Under the pieces are notes generated by a model that was not told where the DNA came from, did no database searches, and worked only from the letters and a program-made list of their open reading frames with translations. From Eledone cirrhosa (lineage: Eukaryota), in contig OZ024749.1 in assembly GCA_964016885.1 (NCBI GenBank), positions 41,478,001-41,542,000 of the forward strand: 64,000 nt of DNA, in the 5' to 3' direction. A program made the translations under genes and the position numbers. Below are positions 55,511 through 64,000 of the stretch, one piece after another. Within the stretch, counting starts at the first letter, position 1; the number at the start of each line of letters is the position of its first letter.

Positions 55511-58043
55511 CCAGGTCTTTCATATGTGTATATGCATGTACATGTGCATGTATGTGTGCATATGCGTTCACATGTATGTATGCAAGTGTGTAGATGTGTA
55601 TTTATGCACATGTGCACATGTGTATATGTGTGCATGAGTGTATATGTGTGTGTATGTACAGTTGCAATTCAAGTAAACACACCCCAGGGACATATATTCC
55701 TGTGTCATCAACACACACCTATTAAAACTACAGGTGGGCATATGTGTATGTATGCATATATGCATGTGTACATGCATATATATATATGTATATATGTGTA
55801 GCGTTGTAATCCAAGTAAACCACTCTAAAAGACACAATTTTGTGTCCTGAATACACATCTATTAAAACTACATGTGTGTGCATGTGTATATATCATCATC
55901 ATCATCATCATCATCTTCGTTTAACGTCCATTTTCCACCCTAGTATGGGTTAGACGGGAGTTGTCCCACTTGAGGCAAAGCTGGTCGGGTGACTGTGTCT
56001 CGCTCGTATAGGACTGTCTGGCAGGTTTTCTACGGCTGGATGCCCTTCCTAACACCAACCACATTTACAGTGTGGAATGTATATGTATATATGCATATGT
56101 ATATATGCATATATACATTTGTGTGTACACCCAAAGATAGGGATATTTCTGATTGTCAATACACATTTCTTTGCCCTACATGTGTGCATCACCACAACTA
56201 CCACCACAACCACCACCACTGTGTCACCCCCACCACCACAACTGCAACTGCCACCCCTCACCCCCACCACTGCCACCACCACAACCACAACCACCACCAC
56301 TGCTACCCCACCCCACCACTGTGCCACCCCACCCCCACCCCACCCACCACTGCCACCCACCACCCCAACACTGCCGCCACCACCACCACCACCGCCACCG
56401 CCACCGCCACCACCACCACCACCACAACCACAACCACTACCAGCATCATCAACAGCAACAACATTATCATTATTGTTTAACCTCTACGTTCCCTATTAGC
56501 AAGGGCTGTACAGCCCCCAATTGAGGGCTCAGATGGGTCGGTGGGGCCATCACTCTCTTACATAAGATCTGGCACACTACTGAGTGCATATGTATACATA
56601 TACACTTATGTGCATTATGTGTGTGTTCAGTTAGAATGCAAGTCATCACAGTCAAAAGACTGAGATATGCCTATGTTCTCAACATCATCATCATCATTTT
56701 ACGTCCGCTTTTTCCCTGCTTGCAAGGGTGGGACAGGAACTGATTCTAGCTTAATTTCTACAGCTGGATGCCCTTCCTAACACCAACCTCATTTACAGTG
56801 AGTGCTGGGTGCTTTTTTTTGCCGTGGCACTTCCACAACCACTTTGCAGTGGAATGATAGGGACCCCAGTCCCTATCATCTCATTTCTACAGCTGAGTAA
56901 ACTGGAGCAATGTGAAATAAAGTGTCTTGCTCAAGGAAACAACACATCATCCAGTCTGAGAATTGAACTCACAACCTTTCAATTGCAAGGCCAATGCTCT
57001 AACCACTAAGCCATGTGCCTCTATATATATATCTATCAAACCTAATCTCACCAAATACTGACCAACTGAACTATGTAGAACTCCAAGTTTGCACAGATGG
57101 GTGTGTGCTCATTGCACATGCATATATCTGTTGTCTCTTTGAATGTATATGTGTGGTGTGTGTGTGTGGTGTGTGTGTGTGGTGTGTGTGTGTGTTTAAT
57201 CACTACACATGTCTATATTGACATATGTGTGGTGTTGTATTTTTAGATTTTATACAGACTTTTGTTGTAAGTATATTTTATATATGTTAATCTTTGTGCA
57301 TATATATATATATATATACATATATCATCATCATTGTCGTTTTAATGTCTGCTTATCCTGCTAGCAAGATATATATATATAAACAAATATTTATGTACAC
57401 ATACACATACACAGACAAAAACCCATATAATACAACCCCTCTTATGGAACCTCAACAAGCTATACAACCAAAATCAATATACTTTGAAGATCTACATTTT
57501 AAAATCATGTTTAAGTGTCAATAAAATACAAAAAAAAAAATCTTAAATGAAAATAACAACAACAACTACAAAATCAATAATAAAAAATAAATACTATCAA
57601 AATATATAAATAAAATTCAAAATAAAACAAACATACATTGAGAACATAATATTTGTTATTACTAAAAGTATTTTCAAAAATCATTTAACCCTTTTGACAC
57701 GAAACTGCCTGAAACCACTTTTGTTTCTACGATACAGAGCTGTTTGTTTTAAAGTGTTTATCTTTATCTAAAAATCTTCCCTCATAAATTTATGTAAGAC
57801 CTTTTGTTAAGTTGCTTTCTATCAGATAAATATATAACAGCAAATATATAAAAGGTTGAGTTTTGTGAGACAACCTCTCTAGTGCTTGTGGTATGAACAA
57901 TGAATCCAGTCCACACTGTAAGGTGGTTGGTGATAGGAAGGGCATCCAGCAAGAAAAACCCTGTCAAAACATCATCATCATCATGTCCAACACATGCAAG
58001 CATGGAAAAATGGAAGTAAAAATGATAATAAAGATGATGATGA

Positions 58044-58081
<38 letters not shown>

Positions 58082-58229
58082 ATTGTAAATTGATTGGCAT
58101 TAGGAAGGGCATACAGCTGTAGAAATCAAGCCCAAAACGGAATGTATGGTTCTGAGAGCTGTGTAGTCTTGACTTGTCATAAAATAGATTTTCTGTTTCA
58201 AGGAAAAGAAAGATCATTTGTATACTGAC

Positions 58230-58257
58230 CAATAATGAAACATGCTACTGCTGTACC
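58230..58257 (-). CDS. SLC9A: NHE 28-nt microexon: GTAVACFII
   Basis: TAG/GTCAGT boundaries. Phase 0 to 1 is needed to keep the frame. Corresponds to the NHE 'GTLWNAFFI' segment. Confidence 0.8.
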
Positions 58258-59149
58258 CTACAATATAGAAAAGAAATACTGGATAAATATTAACAGAATA
58301 ATGTTGATATAATAGGGTTTATATAGTAATAGTCCCATAATAATGTCTGTATAATAATGTTTATATAGTGTTTATATAATAAATGTTTATATATATTAAC
58401 GGTCACATAATGTTTATATAGTAGCGTTTGTATAATAATGTTTATATAATAATGTTTATATAATAATTGTTTCTATTTTTGGCACAAGGCCAGCAATTAC
58501 CCAGTGTATTACTGGTACTTTATTTTATCAACCCCGTAAGGAGGAAAGGCAAAGTTAACCTCGGCGGGATTTGAACTTAGATCGTAAAGGGACATAATAA
58601 TGTTTATATAATAATTGTTTCTACTTTTGGCACAAGGCCAGCAATTACCCTAGTGCATTACTGGTACTATCAACCCCATAAGGATGAAAGGCAAAGTTAA
58701 CCTCGGCGGGATTTGAACTCAGAATGGCAAGGGCCGTAACTCTTTGCGTCAAAGCATGGCGTCCGACAATGTTTGTATAATAATTGTTTCTACTTTTGGC
58801 ACAAGGCCAGCAATTACCCAGTGTATTACTGGTACTTTATTTTATCGACCCCGTAAGGATGAAAGGCAAAGTTAAGCTCGGCGGGATTTGAACTCAGATC
58901 ATAAAGGGAGGTAACTCCATGCTTCAAAGCATGGCGCCTGACCCTCTACTGATACTGCCAATGTTTGTATAATAATGTTTGTCATAATGTTTATATAATA
59001 ATGGTTTCAAAAGCAATTTTTTTTTAAAGGCTCGAAATAATTTTTACTGGATTAATTAATCTAGATGAGGTTTATTAGAAACTGAAATAGTAAGTTTTAA
59101 TTAGTTGAAGGTCAATAAGGTAAGACATTATCAATAAAGGGTTACTTAC

Positions 59150-59231
59150 AAAAACAGCAAACAGCAGAACAACACCAAGGTTGTCATAGAAAACACGATT
59201 GTTCAGGCTATAGGAAGCCCCCAAAATAACA
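59150..59231 (-). CDS. SLC9A: NHE exon: VILGASYSLNNRVFYDNLGVVLLFAVF
   Basis: CAG/GTAAGT boundaries, phase 2 to 0. Matches the NHE 'GY..F..N.G.IL.FAV' segment. Confidence 0.9.
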
Positions 59232-59357
59232 CTGAAATAATAAAGGGTTCATATATATATATATAAATATTGATATATATATATATCTATATATATATAT
59301 ATAAATATTGATATATATATATATCTATATATATATAAATATTGATATATATATATA

Positions 59358-60221
59358 TCTATATATATACATAAATGACAATCTCTGTCTGTTTGTGTGT
59401 GTTTGTTGATTTGTTTGTGAACCTAAAACTCAAAAACTACCAAACCGATCTTGATGAAACTTGACACGTGTGTGGGGCTCATGCCCATTTGATTTCTTAC
59501 ATACTTTGAAGTTTTAAAAAATCGATAATTTCCAGTCGGCATTGATTTAAAAAAAATGAATAGGAAATTTGTATGCAAATGCTCATATGAATGTTATTGT
59601 CTGCCATAACTTTCAAAGCTCTCAACAGATTTACTTCAAACTTTAAACACAGATAGATTATGTGCTAAGGGTGGATTATGTGCTAAGGGTGGCTTTTTGT
59701 TAAAGAAAATTATCCAGACCACTCGAGCAAAGCGTAAGCTGATTTTTGATTAACTGATCAGTTCCCGTCCCACTCTTGCAAGCAGGGAAAACGCGGACGT
59801 AAAATGAAATGATGATGATGAGCGAAATTTGGCTTAAAATGTTCTCCATAAATCAACTTAATATTCTCTGCTTGCTGTAACATATATTTTCTCACCACCT
59901 GCAACAAACATTATCACCTTACTAATCCAGCAGTTATTGTAAGTCTTCAGTTTCTCTTGAAAATAAATTCTCAACCTATTCCACAGTTCTATTTTTTTCC
60001 TTATAGCAACACTCAACTTCTCTGACAAACATTTTTTCGCCTGACCAATGCAATCAACAATATTTGTTAGTATTATTGTTATTTGTCTTTGCTTTTGATT
60101 ATCTGTCCTATATTTTGATTTCATTTTTGGTCTGAGAGGCATTGGGCATTTTAATGGGAACTGGGAATTACCGGGTATCTCATTTTAATGGGAACTGTGT
60201 ATTACCGGGTACCTCAGCTAG
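59358..60221 (+). mobile_element. Non-autonomous Helitron-like element
   Basis: Starts with TC(TATATATA), ends with CTAG, sits between A and T, and has no TIR. A 5' tgtctgtttgt tract is present. A SINE/RTE tail is nested at about 59757-59820. Confidence 0.55.
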
Positions 60222-61920
60222 TATATATATATATATATATAATGTACTAAAGAGAAGCGAACACGGATATATAACTATATGTGTTCAAATCACAAGGGAC
60301 AGAAACCCCAGGGTGAAGAAAATACTGACTAAAATAGTATGGTTCACAGAACTCAATCAAAAGGATAAATTGAGATATACAAACCTACCATGACAACTAT
60401 CACACATCCAGACAGATTACAGGTAGAACTGTTTTGCAAAATTCAGTGAAAAGATTTATGAGTGCGATGCTTTTCAACGGATATTCACAACCTCCTCACT
60501 ACTAAATTTCTTAGAAGACTAAATAACACATGTGTGTTAGTCCCCCAAAAACGTATATACACTTTAATTACCTGTACAGGTAATATTTATTAGAATGCAC
60601 AGCCTTTCCCAAAAATAAAATGATTTATAGACATAAATCAATTGTATGCAAACACCCAAAAATGTTTACATAACTTAAATAATGCATATAAAACCGAATT
60701 TATTTTAAAGCATTGTTTTTGCTATTGTAGTATGTATACATATTTTGGGACCCCTGTATATATATATTCATTTTATTAAGGCTAAATAGTGAGTCTTGTA
60801 TTCTTGAGGTCCTTATGATGAAGAATTATTTAAGATATCCCACGATAAAGGTAAAAAAATATTTTCAGTGATTAATCATTACCATTGACTTTATTTTTCT
60901 TTCTGAAGAGGGTGAAGTGTGATCGAAGAACCATATCTATTCTATAGATGATGATGTAAGATGTATTTTCCAACAACATTTGAATAATTCGAGGTCACAT
61001 TTCATTTGAAACATTTATCAGAGATTAAAAACAATTATTTGATGAAAGAGGATTGAGTTTCCATTGATACTTTTGTATATGTACACTCTGCTTTTTCTTA
61101 TACATATATAATGGAATACTCCTATGTTTTTAGCTCGAAGTAGCTAGCCAGTAATTAATGTAGCGATAAATTCTGTCACATATTGTTATTGTAAAATAAA
61201 TATTGTTAACATCACAATCATGGCATTATTCTTTTCATCAAACATTCATTAAAGAATACCATTTATTCACTATAAATGGTGACCGCCGACGTGAAATGAA
61301 CACACAGCCTTCTCACTATCCACTACAAGTGGTGGCCGACATTATCCACTACACATATGACTACTCTTCACAAGGCATTTGTCAACTTGAGGCTAGAGTA
61401 AAAGACACTTTCTCAAGGTGATGCACAGTGGAACTGAACCCCGAACCATGTGGCTGCTGGACAAACTCCTTAACGACACTGCCATGCCAGTGAAATGGAC
61501 AAATAGAGGTACAGTTTGGACAATATTGGACAATGCTGGACAATGCTGAACAGTGGTAGAGAGTGGTAGAGGGGCGTTTTGGCAGACTCAATAGATTTAA
61601 AGTTAAGCAAATCTGAAAGAACAGTGAATTGTGTGATAAAACTCTGATGTAGACAATAGTTTTAGAAATCATAGAACAACAGGTGTTTGGTGGTGTGACA
61701 TTCACATATAAGAGATGATATATATATATCTATATATATATATATATATAAGTATGTATACATTTATGACATATATTCATTTTGTTGGTCTTTCACTGTC
61801 CAGTTTGATATATATATAGTTCAAGGAGACAACAGACAGAGGTACAAAAAGTCTTATTAGATCACATATATATATATATGTGTATCTGTGTGTGTATATA
61901 TATATATATATATATACGAC

Positions 61921-61951
<31 letters not shown>

Positions 61952-62367
61952 GACACACATACATATATATCATCATCATCATCATCATCATCATCGTTTA
62001 ACGTCCATCTTCCACGCTTGCATGGGTTTGGACACGACCTCATTTGTTTCGGACTGGATGTTGTGGTACCAACATAACTTTACATTGAAAGGGGTGGTGT
62101 GGATGGGGTGGGGGTAGTGAGACAGGGGTGTATTTTTGTTAGAGGTGCCTACTGACTGTAGTAGGTTTCACATATGTCATATATATATAAATACTTACAC
62201 ACACATACTTATATATATCAAACTGAATAGTGAAAGACCAACAAAAGGTATACTGACGCAGGATTTTGTGGTATAAATGATAGAAAGAAAGAACAAGAAA
62301 CAAGAAACAAGAAACAACAACAACAATACATGGTGTTTTAGTTTCATCAGTTGAAGATGATACTTAC

Positions 62368-62439
62368 GGAGGAAGGAGAACTAGGAAAAAAATGTCTGGA
62401 GAAAATGTTTCTGGAATAATTTCATCAAGCTTGGTAAAT
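62368..62439 (-). CDS. SLC9A: Na+/H+ exchanger (SLC9A/NHE, CPA1), most 5' exon in the window: FTKLDEIIPETFSPDIFFLVLLPP
   Basis: AG/GTAAGT boundaries and the FFxxLLPP TM4 signature. Paralog is unresolved and upstream exons are outside the window. Confidence 0.9.
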
Positions 62440-62817
62440 CTAAATAAATGGATGGAATATAAAAACATTTATTAAAAGCAATTACTTTAAAGAAGTAAGG
62501 TGTGTAGATATACCATATATACAGGGGTGGTGGAACTGGGTAGGCCAATGGAGCCATGAGACCCCTCCCCCCACCAATAATTATATTTTTCTCCCCAAAC
62601 TACCAAACACATATCTATTTGTATATGCACTACTATTTGTGTACATGTTACGTTTATTGCATATCAAAGTTTTTATTATATCTTGGTTGATATTTGATAA
62701 TAACAGCTAAACTAATCACTACAACTAAATTGACCAAATCCCCCCCCCTCCCATTAAGAAATTCTTCCACCACCCCTGATATACTCGAATATAAGCCAAT
62801 ACAAATATAAGCTATAA

Positions 62818-63418
62818 TAATGAAATAATAATGAAATTATTGTGTACAGTGCTCAGGTGCACTACAACTCATCAAAGGTGCATGTATAGTACATAGAATA
62901 ATGTACAAATGTCAGGAAAATGAACAGTGTACGAGTCATGAAATACATGTGTGCATGTGTATGGAGGGCGGATATCAGGTATAGTGTTGGCGAATCTCAG
63001 GAAGCATGGAGGTTTTAAAGGATGCAGTGTCTTGACAGCTAATAACTGATGCAGGTAGTTTGTTCCATGCTTCAGAAACTCTGAGCGTGAAAAAATGTTT
63101 CCGAAAGTCATGGGAGCTGTGCTGTTTTCTGACTTTGTATGTATGCCCACGTGTGTTAGACACATGGAAATAAAAAAAGGTGCTCAGGGGTGTTGTTGGC
63201 AAGATGGTAAATGATTTTGTGGGGGCTTACCAAGTCAGTTGCCAGACATCAGAGCTTCAATGTATCCATGCCCAGGGAAGCAGAGTATGGTAGATGCCTG
63301 ATGGAGGGTATTCGCTTGGTTGCATGTCTCTGAACAGTTTCCAGGCAGTCAATGTTCTGAGCAAGATAGGGGTTCCAGACTGGTGATGCAAATTCTAAGT
63401 GTGGCCGCACCATAGCTT
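62818..63418 (-). mobile_element. CR1/L2-group LINE fragment of the same family, frameshifted
   Basis: ORF pieces AMVRPHLEFASPVWNPY and FFTLRVSEAWNKLP, with the same 3'UTR. Confidence 0.85.
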
Positions 63419-63714
63419 TTATATGTTTGAGAATTAGGCAAAAATCCAAACTTTATTTATGTAGAATTTATGTAGAATTTATGTAGAATTTGAAGTTGGT
63501 GAAAATCATCAAAATATTGACCTTGAATATAACCATCCCCCCACTTCTACCATCGATATTTTGGTCACATATTCCTTGGCATATATTCGAGTATATACAG
63601 TATTTAAATACGTGTAAATCTGATGGTTTGGCTTCAAATGTTTCAATGGTGGAATAGAGATTCATTTCACCATTGAAATGGCTTGGGTTTCACTGTCAGG
63701 TTTACATGTAGAGG

Positions 63715-64000
63715 GGTAGTGTTGGTGCCATGGTAAAATACACCCAGTACACTCTGTAAAGTGGTAGTGTTGGTACCATGATAAAATACATCCAGTACAC
63801 TCTGTAAAGTGGTAGTGTTGGTAGCCTGATAAAATACATCAAGTTCACTCTGTAAAGTGGTAGTGTTGGTGCCGTGATAAAATAAACCAAGTACACTCTG
63901 TAAAGTGGTAGTGTTGGTGCCATGATAAAATCACCCAGTACACTCTGTAAAGTGGTAATGTTGATGCCATGATAAAATACACCCAGTACACTCTGTAAAG
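63715..64000. repeat. 48-bp tandem repeat running off the window end
   Basis: Unit ggtagtgttggtgccatgataaaatacacccagtacactctgtaaagt, six copies visible. Confidence 0.9.

Noticed and set aside
63468-63665. ORF as a candidate upstream NHE exon
   Set aside because: No resemblance to the expected N-terminal NHE segments (e.g. PES.LLI..G).

Overview
AT-rich, microsatellite-dense eukaryotic DNA. The SINE, LINE and microsatellite content suggests a cephalopod (Octopus-like) genome, which is an inference. Two convergent protein-coding genes were reconstructed by hand. (1) A + strand C2H2 zinc-finger gene with two coding exons (19228-20971, 22452-23698), encoding 996 aa and 13 fingers, ten of them in five non-TGEKP pairs. 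(2) A - strand SLC9A/NHE Na+/H+ exchanger: 18 phase-compatible GT-AG exons run from 62439 to the stop at 26782, and the 5' exons lie beyond the window. Most ORF-track entries are microsatellite artefacts. Non-coding DNA carries tRNA-derived SINEs, RTE, CR1 and Dong/R4 LINE fragments, piggyBac- and mariner-type MITEs and a Helitron-like element. The most striking unannotated signal is about ten type I hammerhead ribozyme motifs from several unrelated sequence families. Many sit in fold-back remnants resembling Penelope-like element termini inserted in (TA)n. Several lie in sense orientation within NHE introns, and two families carry core variants (U4C; U3-A8). Folds were made by eye and no activity is demonstrated.
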